A stretch of 64,000 bases of DNA from Candidatus Cloacimonadales bacterium. Its GTDB lineage: Bacteria; Cloacimonadota; Cloacimonadia; Cloacimonadales; JAIOQZ01. The translations under genes and the position numbers were made by a program. Every line of letters begins with the position of its first letter. Positions within the stretch are counted from its first letter, which is position 1. The DNA is taken from contig OY762463.1 of NCBI GenBank assembly GCA_963665815.1, positions 768,001-832,000 of the forward strand. Reading direction: 5' to 3'. Under the pieces are notes generated by a model that was not told where the DNA came from, ran no database searches, and was given only the letters and a program-made list of their open reading frames with translations. Below are positions 53,815-64,000 of this stretch, piece by piece.

Positions 53815-56265
53815 TTACTTCAAAAGTAACATTTTCCTGTTTTGAACACCATCTGCTGTTTTCAGTCTGTAGAAATACACACCACTTGAAACATCAGAGT
53901 CTTTTTCATCTTTACCATTCCAGATTATAGAATGCTCTCCGGATTCGACATGATCGTTTATCAGAGTTTTTACTTTCTGTCCCTTTATGTTATATATTGT
54001 CAGATTTGCACTGCCGGCTTTCGCCATTGAATATTTGATATTTGTTTCCGGATTGAACGGATTTGGGTAGTTAGCGTAGAGTTGTGTATTACAGAACGAC
54101 AAATCATGTTTTCTTATTCCCGTATGTATGTTGTTATATAATATGTACATTTCCCCTGTCACATTATCAAGGTAAACAATATCATCAGTTCCATTCTGAT
54201 CAACATCACCTGAAGACATTCTCACTATGTTATCAGGTATATGAGCAAGAGTCACTATTTCCCAGTTTGTGCTATCAACCGGATTTAGAGCAACATCAAT
54301 CAAACTTTCCCAAACGATTTCACCATAATGAAAATTGTTAACAGCAATATCTTTAACACCATCATTATTGAAATCTCCAAGTTCAATACTATATATATAT
54401 CCTGGGAAAAATAATGTATCAGGTACCTGACTGAAGCTGAAAGAAGAGTTACTACCCTCTCCATAACGAATGAGGAGATTATTTCTGGAAGAATCATCCT
54501 TGACAATCATATCAATGCGTCCATCCAGGTTAAGATCGTCAAAGGCAATGATATCAGAACTGATATCTGCTATCCATTCTGATAATCCAAAGCTGAATAA
54601 GCCATTATTCTTTATCCAGAAAAGTTGATCATTACTTCCAGTATATACAATATCCCTGATGCCGTCATTATCCATATCAACATATTTGCATGTATTTCTG
54701 TAAAATAGATTATCTGTATTCACAACCACAGAGTCTACTAAAGTTCCATTTTCATTGCTGAATAAATGGGTATTCTCATTGCGTATATCAATTAAGTCCA
54801 TATCTCCGTCAAAATCAAGATCAACAAACATTAATTCACGTCCACCACGATAATTACTATCATCAAGGATGATGTTCTGACCATTCAAAGACAAAATCAG
54901 TGCTTTGGTATCATCGTCGGTATAAGTTGCATAAGCGCAGTCAAGTTGTCCATCCCCATCTACATCTGCAAAAGCAGCGTCACTTACCGTAGCTATCCCT
55001 GGAGTAAGAAAATTTGAGTGAACAAACATACTGTCTTCTAACATGAGATAATTAAGATTGTAACGATGTCTGCACCCCAAAAAAAACCGATCATCATGAA
55101 TTATTAATGATATCTCATCCGTATTTCTAAATGAACTCACTCTTATGTTTTCATTATCGATATTTCCATTGTTGTTCTTATATACTCTGAAAATATACGT
55201 GTCAGGTTCGGTAACAATTTCTTTGTACTCATCTCCATCAAAATCTTTGAACCAGAGGTTACCCCCTGTACCATACAAATTGCAATCAAAAATAAAACCG
55301 GTTCCATTATTTACATATATGCCTGCCTTCTCTCCATAGTATAAGATAATTAAATCATCACGGGCATCCTGATTCAGGTCATATTTGTAGATATCATAGA
55401 CTGAATCCAGATTGTTAAACAGAATTGAAGAGTTTGAGAAGCTCTGATTTTCATCATTTTCGAACATCTGAATTGCATTCAAACTATCTGAATAAACCAG
55501 GAGGTCTGTTAAACCGTCTGAATTGACATCAATTGGAGTAATACCGGAATTTTCCCCCATGAATCTAATCGGAAGTTGATGATATATAAAACTATTTGTA
55601 TTGGGATCGAACTCACGCCAGTTATAAGGTTCGTTATATCCTGCAAAACCAACAACATCCATATAACTATCATTATTTAAATCAGCAAGAGAACAATATC
55701 TGTCATATTTATCCTGAATTGTTCCATATGGTAATGCAATTGAATTGAAAGGTGCCGTTGTCTGAGTTCTGGAAAAGTACTTAACTGAATCACCATCACA
55801 GGTATAAATATCCTGAATTCCGTCCTGATTAAAATCATGAATGAGAATCATTCCAAAATTTCCAATAGAAGTTTCCAGTGCATCCATATTATTCATGCTG
55901 AAGTCACCTGTTCCATTTCCGTAGAATATATACAAGTTATGATCCCCATCGAATTTAGCAATGATTTCTTCAGTTCCATCATTATTCATATCAACATAAT
56001 CCAACGAATAAAAATTGTTTGTAAAATGACCAACATAATGTTTGGTGTCCGGGATGGAATCTCCATCAGTGTCCTCAGCCCAGTATGGACCATCCTGATC
56101 ATAAAATATAACATCGAGATTGCCATCCGAGTTCACATCATCAACAAATCCGTCCTGATCAAGGAAGTTTTGATCACTATTGGCAATTTCAACCGGACCG
56201 GTAAAATCAACTGCCCAAATATTGCAAACCATTAACAAAACAATTGATACAAGATGATGTCTCAT
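53815..56265 (-). CDS. Secreted FG-GAP/VCBS repeat protein with CTD
   Basis: Start MRHH after GGAGG; repeats; CTD; closest paralog 56420-58894. Confidence 0.88.
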   Translation of the reverse strand: MRHHLVSIVLLMVCNIWAVDFTGPVEIANSDQNFLDQDGFVDDVNSDGNLDVIFYDQDGPYWAEDTDGDSIPDTKHYVGHFTNNFYSLDYVDMNNDGTEEIIAKFDGDHNLYIFYGNGTGDFSMNNMDALETSIGNFGMILIHDFNQDGIQDIYTCDGDSVKYFSRTQTTAPFNSIALPYGTIQDKYDRYCSLADLNNDSYMDVVGFAGYNEPYNWREFDPNTNSFIYHQLPIRFMGENSGITPIDVNSDGLTDLLVYSDSLNAIQMFENDENQSFSNSSILFNNLDSVYDIYKYDLNQDARDDLIILYYGEKAGIYVNNGTGFIFDCNLYGTGGNLWFKDFDGDEYKEIVTEPDTYIFRVYKNNNGNIDNENIRVSSFRNTDEISLIIHDDRFFLGCRHRYNLNYLMLEDSMFVHSNFLTPGIATVSDAAFADVDGDGQLDCAYATYTDDDTKALILSLNGQNIILDDSNYRGGRELMFVDLDFDGDMDLIDIRNENTHLFSNENGTLVDSVVVNTDNLFYRNTCKYVDMDNDGIRDIVYTGSNDQLFWIKNNGLFSFGLSEWIADISSDIIAFDDLNLDGRIDMIVKDDSSRNNLLIRYGEGSNSSFSFSQVPDTLFFPGYIYSIELGDFNNDGVKDIAVNNFHYGEIVWESLIDVALNPVDSTNWEIVTLAHIPDNIVRMSSGDVDQNGTDDIVYLDNVTGEMYILYNNIHTGIRKHDLSFCNTQLYANYPNPFNPETNIKYSMAKAGSANLTIYNIKGQKVKTLINDHVESGEHSIIWNGKDEKDSDVSSGVYFYRLKTADGVQNRKMLLLK

Positions 56266-59200
56266 TTTTCCTCCGTTCTGTATCAATATCCCAACATACT
56301 GATTTAATATTATATTTAAACTTTCATTCAAATGAAAGATTGCACTACATAGACGTATCAATTCGAGAGCTTCACCGGAACTCTCTGTCTGCTAATCAGG
56401 TAAAGCTCTCAATTATTATTTATTTCAAAAGTAACATTTTTTTATTTTGAACACCATCTGCTGTTTTCAGTCTGTAGAAATACACACCACTGGAAACATC
56501 AGAGTCTTTTTCATCTTTACCATTCCAGATTATAGAATGTTCTCCTGCTTCGACATGATCGTTAACCAGAGTTTTTACTCTCTGTCCTTTAATATTATAA
56601 ATTGTCAGCTCCGCATTACCTGAATTTGCCATTGAATAGCTGATTTTTGTTTCCGGGTTGAACGGATTCGGGTAGTTGCCAAGGAGTTGTGTATTACAGA
56701 ACGATAAATCATTATTTTCTTTGATTCCGATAAGAGGATTGTTATAGAGTACTTTAATCTCGCCTGTGCTATTATCTACATAAGCAATATCATCAGTACC
56801 GTTTTCATCAAGATCTGCACCAGCCATTCTAATTTCGGTATCTGATATATTCAGCAAACTGACAACTTCCCAATTATTATCAATTACTGGATTTATCGCA
56901 ACACTGACACTGCTTGAATGTCCATGATTATCATGATAGAAGCAATTTACTGCAATATCATCAACACCGTCATTATTATAGTCTCCCAGCTCAAGTTCAG
57001 TTATATCTCCCGGTAGTAACAATGTGTCTGCAGATTGACTGAAACTGAAATTATAGTCATTACCTTCTCCGTAACGTACAAGCAAATGGTTTGGAGCAAA
57101 GTCATCTCTTACAAGCATATCAATGCGTCCATCCAGATTTAGATCAGTAAAAGCAATTATATCTGAACTAATTGTTGTTAGCAGCTCTGATTCTCCAAAG
57201 TTGAAAGAACCATTATTCTTGATCCAGAACAGTTGATTATTGCTTCCTGTATAAACAATATCCCTGATGCCATCATTATCCATATCAATATATTTACTTT
57301 TACTTCCCTCAAAAACAAATCCTAAATCATCTGTATCGATAACAACAGAATCAATTAATGTTCCATTTATATAATTGTAAAAATGAGTATATTCAATGCC
57401 GAAATCAACTAAATCACTATCTCCATCATCATCCAGATCCGCAAACATTAATCCACGTCCACCACGATAATTACTATTCTCGAGAATCATATTCTGACCA
57501 TTCAGAGATAGTATCAGGTTTTTAGTATAAGAATTATCATAGAAATTAATTGCGTAAACATAATCAAGCTGTCCATTGCCGTCTATGTCAGCACAATCTG
57601 ATTTATTTATTTCACCAACTGAAACTGATGGTGCTTGAATATTTGACAGATCTGCAATACCATCATCCAACATCAGATAGTTAAAATTATAAAAGTGGCT
57701 GCAAGATATAAAGGTGAGGTTATCCGATTCTCTTATTGATAACCTATCTGTGTTTCTGAATGAACTGATTCTTACATCATCATTACTGAAACTACCATTG
57801 CTATTATTGAAGACTTTGAAAACATCATTTTCAGATTCTGTAACAATCTCTTTATAACCATCTCCATCTAAATCTTTGAACCAGAGGTAATCTCCTGTTC
57901 CATAAATATCTGTGATATAATTGAATCCATTCCCATTGTTTAGATATATGTTTGCTATTTTCCAATCAGTTTGGATTACAAGATCTTCTAGTCCATCTGA
58001 ATTTAAATCACATTTATAGATATTTCTGACATTTCCAACATTATTTATCAAAATTGATGAATTTGAAAAACTTTGGGTTGCATCATTTTCATATAGTACA
58101 CAAGCGTTAAGACTATCTTCATAAACCAAAAGATCAATTAAACCGTCAGTATTTCCATCAATTGGAGTGATTCCGCTACTTACTCCCCTAAACCAGAGAG
58201 GAAGATAGTGATGTATGAAACTGTTTGTCGCAGGATCAAACTCTTGCCATGAATAAGGCTCGTCATAACTCCAAAAACCGACAATGTCCATGTAGCCATC
58301 GTTATTTATGTCTGCAAGGCAGCTTGATTTGACATACCTATGCTGACTCGTTCCATTCTGAAGATCAACTAAAATGAATTGAGACCAGGCTTGAGTTTTG
58401 TAAAAGTATTTGCATGATCCGCCTGAAGTATAAATATCCTGTATTCCATCATGATTAAAATCATGAATAAGAATAAGCCCATCTTTATAAACACCACTAT
58501 CCAGAATATCCATGTCATTTAGGCTGAAGTTCCCTGTACCGTGACCATAAAATATATAGAGATTAGTATCAGCTTCAAAATTAACAATAATATCTTTCTC
58601 CCCATCATTATTCATATCAATATAATCTAATGAAGACAACATTTGAGTAAAGTTACCTACATGATGTTTTGTATCAGGAAAACCATCCCCATTAGTATCT
58701 TCAGCCCAGTATGGGCCATTATAATCATCATAAAAAATCACATCAGGACTGCCATCTGAATTTACATCATCAATAAATCCGTTCTGATCAAAGTAGTTTT
58801 GACCACTGTTTGCTATCTCTACCGGAACATTAAAATCCACAGCTCCAATATTAGAAAGCACTACTAAAATAATTACTACAAAGTTAAGTCTCATTTTTCC
58901 TCCGTTTTGTATCAATATCCCAACATACTGATTTAATATTATATTTAAACTTTCATTCAAATGAAAGATTGCACTACATAGACGTATCAATTCGAGAGCT
59001 TCACCGGAACTCTCTGTCTGCTAATCAGGTAAAGCTCTCAATTATTATTTATTTCAAAAGTAACATTTTTTTATTTTGAACACCATCTGCTGTTTTCAGT
59101 CTGTAGAAATACACACCACTGGAAACATCAGAGTCTTTTTCATCTTTACCATTCCAGATTATAGAATGTTCTCCTGCTTCGACATGATCGTTAACCAGAG

Positions 59201-59291
59201 TTTTTACTCTCTGTCCTTTAATATTATAAATTGTCAGCTCCGCATTACCTGAATTTGCCATTGAATAGCTGATTTTTGTTTCCGGGTTGAA
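56259..59291. repeat. 404-bp near-identical direct repeat (56259-56662 and 58888-59291)
   Basis: Offset 2629; one mismatch seen (56278 C vs T); covers a CTD, the intergenic hairpin, the RBS and the next start codon. Confidence 0.9.
56420..58894 (-). CDS. Secreted FG-GAP/VCBS repeat protein with CTD
   Basis: Start MRLNF after GGAGG; repeats; CTD. Confidence 0.88.
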   Translation of the reverse strand: MRLNFVVIILVVLSNIGAVDFNVPVEIANSGQNYFDQNGFIDDVNSDGSPDVIFYDDYNGPYWAEDTNGDGFPDTKHHVGNFTQMLSSLDYIDMNNDGEKDIIVNFEADTNLYIFYGHGTGNFSLNDMDILDSGVYKDGLILIHDFNHDGIQDIYTSGGSCKYFYKTQAWSQFILVDLQNGTSQHRYVKSSCLADINNDGYMDIVGFWSYDEPYSWQEFDPATNSFIHHYLPLWFRGVSSGITPIDGNTDGLIDLLVYEDSLNACVLYENDATQSFSNSSILINNVGNVRNIYKCDLNSDGLEDLVIQTDWKIANIYLNNGNGFNYITDIYGTGDYLWFKDLDGDGYKEIVTESENDVFKVFNNSNGSFSNDDVRISSFRNTDRLSIRESDNLTFISCSHFYNFNYLMLDDGIADLSNIQAPSVSVGEINKSDCADIDGNGQLDYVYAINFYDNSYTKNLILSLNGQNMILENSNYRGGRGLMFADLDDDGDSDLVDFGIEYTHFYNYINGTLIDSVVIDTDDLGFVFEGSKSKYIDMDNDGIRDIVYTGSNNQLFWIKNNGSFNFGESELLTTISSDIIAFTDLNLDGRIDMLVRDDFAPNHLLVRYGEGNDYNFSFSQSADTLLLPGDITELELGDYNNDGVDDIAVNCFYHDNHGHSSSVSVAINPVIDNNWEVVSLLNISDTEIRMAGADLDENGTDDIAYVDNSTGEIKVLYNNPLIGIKENNDLSFCNTQLLGNYPNPFNPETKISYSMANSGNAELTIYNIKGQRVKTLVNDHVEAGEHSIIWNGKDEKDSDVSSGVYFYRLKTADGVQNKKMLLLK

Positions 59292-61532
59292 TGGGTTAGG
59301 GTAGTTGCAGAGAAGTTGTGTTCTATATTCAGGAAAATCAGTGTCTTCATTAGGAGTGATTTCGGTAGTATTGATATGAGCTTTTATCTTCTTTGAGCTA
59401 TAATCAATAAACATAATATCCTGTAATCCATCCTCATTCACATCAGCTGCACAATGTAATATTTGATTATTGAAAATGTAGGAAGAACTGTCTAAAAGCA
59501 TAGTATTTATTAGATTCACGCTTCCATCGTTCTCTGCAACTTCCATTTTAACAGTCTGAAAATCATAATAATGAAGCTGAGTATATAAAAAATCATTATC
59601 ATTATCATTATCTAAATCAACGAAATCAAAACTTCTATAATAGCCACTTGGACCAACAATAATGGGAACTGTTGCGAAACCATTTGATAATCCAAGATAA
59701 GCCTTAGGAGCTGAACCAGTATTGAAATCCCAGGTTACAATATCTTTTACACCATCACCATTTGCGTCCCTATATTCAAAATCACTGAAAACCGTACTCA
59801 ATATTGAGACCGGATCATCAAAGCTAAATCCACCCAGATTATATGCTAAATTCAGTGAACCAGTTACATTAGTATAGAGTAAATCGCAAAAACCATCTTC
59901 ATTAATATCAGAAAAATCAAATCTTCTGACATAAGATGGTCCGTCAACATGGTATAGATTTGAGAATGTACAATTGTTGTTTTCATATACTTTAATTCTG
60001 AAGACATCATCATCAACAGAATAGCATGTAATATCAAAATCCCCATCGTTATCTACATCGTTGAACTCAGCACATGCAATTAGGTTTTCAGATGCGAACG
60101 AAACAATATCCTGCATTCTGGTTCCATTAAGATAAAAAATTATTTTGTCCTTTAAAAAGCCTTGCTCAACATATTCCTCAACAAAAATATAATCTAATAC
60201 TCCATTGTTATCAATATCTTCACAATCAAAATCATTGAAGAATCTGATATCTCTTACTGGTCGATCTTGAATTATGATCTCACCATCAACCAGCTCTGCT
60301 TCAGCAACATAATAATATCCTGCAATTACATATCTGTCCGTACCGGAAACATTCTTTTTAAAGAAGGATTGAACGTATTTCAAAGGAAGTATTTTTGAAT
60401 TATCAAAACTGAATGATCCGTTGCTATTCAGATAAATCATATAGTCCCCACCAAGATCACACGTCATATCAAGTTCACCGTCATCATTCATGTCTTCAAT
60501 CCAGAAATTAGTTACATCAGAAGTTATTTCTGATGATATTTGAAGTCCGGATGTGCTGTTTAGATAAACTTGCATTTTGGCATTCCCTGATTCCTTACAA
60601 CTTAGTTCAAAATCAGGCAGACCATCATTATTAACATCATAGGACTCCATTTGATATATTCTATCAATATTATCAGCAAAAGGTGTCAAATTTGTGAAGC
60701 CATTTGTCTGATTATTCTGAACAATCCTGATAGTTTGAGCATTTCTGTCATAGACAATAACATCTGCATACCCGTCATTATTCATGTCGCTTACTATAAA
60801 TGAGCTGTAATCATTACAGTTGCATATAAAATGAGAAGTGTTAAAAGAGTTAGTACCTGGATCAAACTCATACCAGACAATTTGCCCCGTATCTGTCTTA
60901 AGTCCAATATAATCCATATAACCATCATTATTAACATCTGCAATGTTTGAATTATCATTATATACACCATTTCTTAAACATAACATATTATCGTTTAGCT
61001 GATTAACTCTGAATGTATCATTCACAGATGGTCGAGTGAGATACACAGATTTACTGTTATCAGAGATTATTATATCCTGAATTCCATCAAGATTGAAATC
61101 ATATATGGTCATAGCAAAGCCAAAGTAATGCGATGTATGATAATCTTCTCTGGAAAAAATTCCAGTACCGTCGTTTGTGTAAATATAAAGTAGATCTCTC
61201 GCATCATCTGCTGTAACTAAATCTTTGAAACCATCATTATTCATATCTACATAGTATAATGTCCCAGAAACAGTTTGGTCTATTAGATGCGTCATGTCAA
61301 TACAATCGTCAAAGACACCATTATTGTTTGAGTCCTCATGCCAGAGAACACCATTACTATGCTTTGGAATGAAATCATCATCACCATCATTATCAATGTC
61401 ATCAACAATAAATTGATTCTTGTCAACACAACCATATTCCTGATTGGATATTGTAACCGGAGCAGCAAACTCTATAGCTGTAATACTACTAATCAACAAT
61501 ACAAGAATTCCTATACAAAAAATCTTTTTCAT
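59049..61532 (-). CDS. Secreted FG-GAP/VCBS repeat protein with CTD
   Basis: Start MKKIF after GGAGG; repeats; CTD; closest paralog 61633-64000. Confidence 0.88.
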   Translation of the reverse strand: MKKIFCIGILVLLISSITAIEFAAPVTISNQEYGCVDKNQFIVDDIDNDGDDDFIPKHSNGVLWHEDSNNNGVFDDCIDMTHLIDQTVSGTLYYVDMNNDGFKDLVTADDARDLLYIYTNDGTGIFSREDYHTSHYFGFAMTIYDFNLDGIQDIIISDNSKSVYLTRPSVNDTFRVNQLNDNMLCLRNGVYNDNSNIADVNNDGYMDYIGLKTDTGQIVWYEFDPGTNSFNTSHFICNCNDYSSFIVSDMNNDGYADVIVYDRNAQTIRIVQNNQTNGFTNLTPFADNIDRIYQMESYDVNNDGLPDFELSCKESGNAKMQVYLNSTSGLQISSEITSDVTNFWIEDMNDDGELDMTCDLGGDYMIYLNSNGSFSFDNSKILPLKYVQSFFKKNVSGTDRYVIAGYYYVAEAELVDGEIIIQDRPVRDIRFFNDFDCEDIDNNGVLDYIFVEEYVEQGFLKDKIIFYLNGTRMQDIVSFASENLIACAEFNDVDNDGDFDITCYSVDDDVFRIKVYENNNCTFSNLYHVDGPSYVRRFDFSDINEDGFCDLLYTNVTGSLNLAYNLGGFSFDDPVSILSTVFSDFEYRDANGDGVKDIVTWDFNTGSAPKAYLGLSNGFATVPIIVGPSGYYRSFDFVDLDNDNDNDFLYTQLHYYDFQTVKMEVAENDGSVNLINTMLLDSSSYIFNNQILHCAADVNEDGLQDIMFIDYSSKKIKAHINTTEITPNEDTDFPEYRTQLLCNYPNPFNPETKISYSMANSGNAELTIYNIKGQRVKTLVNDHVEAGEHSIIWNGKDEKDSDVSSGVYFYRLKTADGVQNKKMLLLK

Positions 61533-61632
61533 CTTTTCCTCCAACAAAAAGATCGTGGCACCCCAACGTGCCTAATTGAGAGCTTTGCAACAATTCACAC
61601 CTTATGAATTATGCAAAGCCCCCAAATATTTA

Positions 61633-63999
61633 TTATTTCAAAAGCAACATTTTTCTATTTTGAACACCTTCTGCTGTTTTCAGTCTGTAGAAATATACAC
61701 CACTGGAAACATCAGAATCTTTGTCATCCTTACCATTCCAGATTATAGAATGCTCTCCGGATTCGACATGATCATTCACCAGAGTTTTTACTCTCTGTCC
61801 TTTAATATTATAAATTGTTAGCTCCGCATTACCCGTTTCTGCAAGTGAATAGTTGATCTTAGTTTCCGGATTGAACGGATTGGGATAGTTGCCATAAAGC
61901 TTTGTTGAATACTCTGGTATATCGGTATCTGAATTGGAAGTTACTATTGTGTTATTGATATATGTTTTTATTTTTTTTGTACTGTAATCAATGTACATAA
62001 TATCCTGCAAACCATCTTCGTTTACATCAGCAGTGCAATGCAGTATTTGGCTATTTATCATATAAAAACAGCTATCCAGGAGTACAGAATTAGTAAGGTT
62101 CATTGTTCCATCATTCTCTAAAATCTCCATTTCCAGATATTCATAACTATTATTATGCAAGTGTGTTAATAGAACATCGTTATCATTGTCGTTATCAAAA
62201 TCTACAAAATCAAGACTTCTATACCGACATTCAGAACCAATTGTTACAGGTGTTGATGAAAAATTACTACTTGATGTACCTAAGTATACTTCCGGAGCTA
62301 CATAATTCTCAAAATTCCAGGTTACAATGTCTTTCACTCCATCTCCGTTGGCATCTTTATGTTCAAAATCACTGAAAACCGTACTCAATAGTGAGATCGG
62401 AGCATCAAAGCTCATTCCTCCCAGATTATATGCCACGTTTAATGAGCTATTTACATCTGTATAAAGTAAATCACAGAAACCATCACCATTAACATCAGCA
62501 AAATCATGCCTTCTAATTGAAGACTGAGCTACTTCATCATACTGATTAAAGAAAACACAATTACAGTTTTCATATACTTTTACACTGCTTACACCATCAT
62601 CAACTCCATAAAATGTAATATCATAGTTTCCGTCATTATCTACATCATTGAATTCAGCATCTTTAATAGAATTCCAGGAAGCAGATGATACTAAATCCTG
62701 CATTCTGGTTCCATTAATATAGAGTACTATTTTTTGTTTAGTCAATCCCTGCACAGAATAACTCTCAACAAAGATGTAATCCAAAACACCATTGTTGTCA
62801 ATATCTTCACAATCAAAATCATTGAAGAATCTGATATCCCTTACAGGTTTATCTTCAATAATCATCTCACCATTAATCAATTCAGCTTCTACAATATAAT
62901 AATATCCTGCAATGATATATCTGTCTGAGCCCAAAACATTTTTTTTAGTAATAGATTGAACTTGCTCTAATGGAATTATTTTTGAATTATCGAAACTAAA
63001 TATACCGTTGTCATTCAGATAAATCATAAAATCATTTCCAATATCACATAACATATCAAGTTCACCATCTTCATTAATGTCTTCAATCCAGAAGTAACGA
63101 AAGTCAGATTGAATTTCTGAGGATAATTGAAGCCCGGAAGTACTGTTCAGGTATATACTCTTCTTTGTGTTCGAGGATTCACCATAACTTACTGCAATAT
63201 CGAGCAGACCATCGTTGTTAAAATCATAAGATTCAATCTGTGAAAGATAATCAATACTATAAACAAAAGGAGTCTGGCTTGAAAAACCATTAGCCTGATT
63301 ATTCAAAACCACTCTAAGAGAGTAAGCATTATTGTCATAAATGATAATATCGGAATTCCCATCATTATTAATATCACTAAAAATGAATGTACCATAATCA
63401 GGATTATTACAGATAGAGTGAGAATTTGTAAAAGTATTAACATTCGGATCAAATTCATACCAGACAACTTGATTTGTATATATGTCATAACCGATATAAT
63501 CCATATATCCATCATTGTTAACATCAATAATGTTTGAGTTGTCGTTATATAAACCATTTTTGAGATACAACACATGGTCGTTTAAATGATTAACTTGAAA
63601 TGTATCATTAACAGATGATCTTGTAAGATAGACAGATTTACTGTCACTGGAAATAAATAAATCCTGAACTCCATCAATATTAAAATCATAAATGTTTATT
63701 GCAAAAGCCATATACATAGATGTACAATATGCTTCTTTCGAAAAAAATCCTGTTCCGTTATTAGTAAATATATACAATGAGTCATGGCTTTGACCAGTAG
63801 TGACAATATCTTTAACACCATCATTATTCATGTCCACATAGTATAATCCCGAATGACAAATTCTATCTATAGAATGAGGCATATCTATACAACCATCATA
63901 AACACTATTACCATTAATGTCTTCATACCAGTAAACATTATTACCAAACTTTGGAATAAAGTCATCATCACCATCATTATCAACGTCATCAACGATAAA
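61633..63999 (-). CDS. Secreted FG-GAP/VCBS repeat protein with CTD; 5' end beyond window
   Basis: Frame open to the window edge (FIVDDVDNDGDDDFIPK...), aligning with the N-terminus of 59049-61532. Confidence 0.88.
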   Translation of the reverse strand, partial: FIVDDVDNDGDDDFIPKFGNNVYWYEDINGNSVYDGCIDMPHSIDRICHSGLYYVDMNNDGVKDIVTTGQSHDSLYIFTNNGTGFFSKEAYCTSMYMAFAINIYDFNIDGVQDLFISSDSKSVYLTRSSVNDTFQVNHLNDHVLYLKNGLYNDNSNIIDVNNDGYMDYIGYDIYTNQVVWYEFDPNVNTFTNSHSICNNPDYGTFIFSDINNDGNSDIIIYDNNAYSLRVVLNNQANGFSSQTPFVYSIDYLSQIESYDFNNDGLLDIAVSYGESSNTKKSIYLNSTSGLQLSSEIQSDFRYFWIEDINEDGELDMLCDIGNDFMIYLNDNGIFSFDNSKIIPLEQVQSITKKNVLGSDRYIIAGYYYIVEAELINGEMIIEDKPVRDIRFFNDFDCEDIDNNGVLDYIFVESYSVQGLTKQKIVLYINGTRMQDLVSSASWNSIKDAEFNDVDNDGNYDITFYGVDDGVSSVKVYENCNCVFFNQYDEVAQSSIRRHDFADVNGDGFCDLLYTDVNSSLNVAYNLGGMSFDAPISLLSTVFSDFEHKDANGDGVKDIVTWNFENYVAPEVYLGTSSSNFSSTPVTIGSECRYRSLDFVDFDNDNDNDVLLTHLHNNSYEYLEMEILENDGTMNLTNSVLLDSCFYMINSQILHCTADVNEDGLQDIMYIDYSTKKIKTYINNTIVTSNSDTDIPEYSTKLYGNYPNPFNPETKINYSLAETGNAELTIYNIKGQRVKTLVNDHVESGEHSIIWNGKDDKDSDVSSGVYFYRLKTAEGVQNRKMLLLK

Positions 64000-64000
64000 A

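Noticed and set aside
56266-56361. Identical 32-aa N-terminal leaders on ORFs 53815 and 56420
   Set aside because: Translation of the duplicated intergenic DNA; true starts follow the GGAGG RBS at 56265 and 58894
51241-61625. Integron attC sites between array genes
   Set aside because: No RYYYAAC/GTTRRRY core sites and no integrase seen; wobble pairs point to mRNA-level folding
43292-61821. Recurring plus-strand '[12 protein letters not shown]' ORFs
   Set aside because: Antisense of the conserved CTD coding sequence
43265-64000. Diversity-generating retroelement (TR/VR pairs in CTD repeats)
   Set aside because: No reverse transcriptase in the window; all copies are within genes and the differences do not appear adenine-specific

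Overview
AT-rich bacterial DNA, most likely from the FCB superphylum and probably Cloacimonadota. That is an inference from 13 proteins ending in an 'NYPNPFNP...YNIKGQKV...GVYFY...KMLLLK' FlgD-Ig/T9SS-like C-terminal sorting domain (CTD). From left to right the window holds: a beta-helix CTD protein; a duplicated PH-like membrane pair; an ArsR/DUF2087 unit; nth-xth; an ECF sigma factor; FG-GAP and Omp28/PKD CTD proteins; a 4x65-bp hairpin tandem repeat; a TIR protein with near-identical TPRs flanked by six copies of an 18-bp motif; a Ser/Thr-kinase-TPR-GAF-sigma54 activator next to a sigma54 promoter and two secreted proteins; a ~410-nt highly structured, modular RNA-like element whose hairpin loops display CCCCU; a two-component system before a sigma54-driven, translationally coupled gdh / PPDK_N / GAF-PPDK_N-nucleotidyltransferase / metallophosphoesterase operon; and a >20-kb array of at least 8 divergent FG-GAP/VCBS proteins with homogenised, mosaic CTDs, two of them broken by single in-frame stops. 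The strongest novelty candidates are the C-rich-loop structured RNA, the GDH-associated ATP-grasp/NTase/phosphoesterase operon, the FG-GAP array and the TIR-TPR locus. No rRNA, tRNA, CRISPR array or transposase was recognised.
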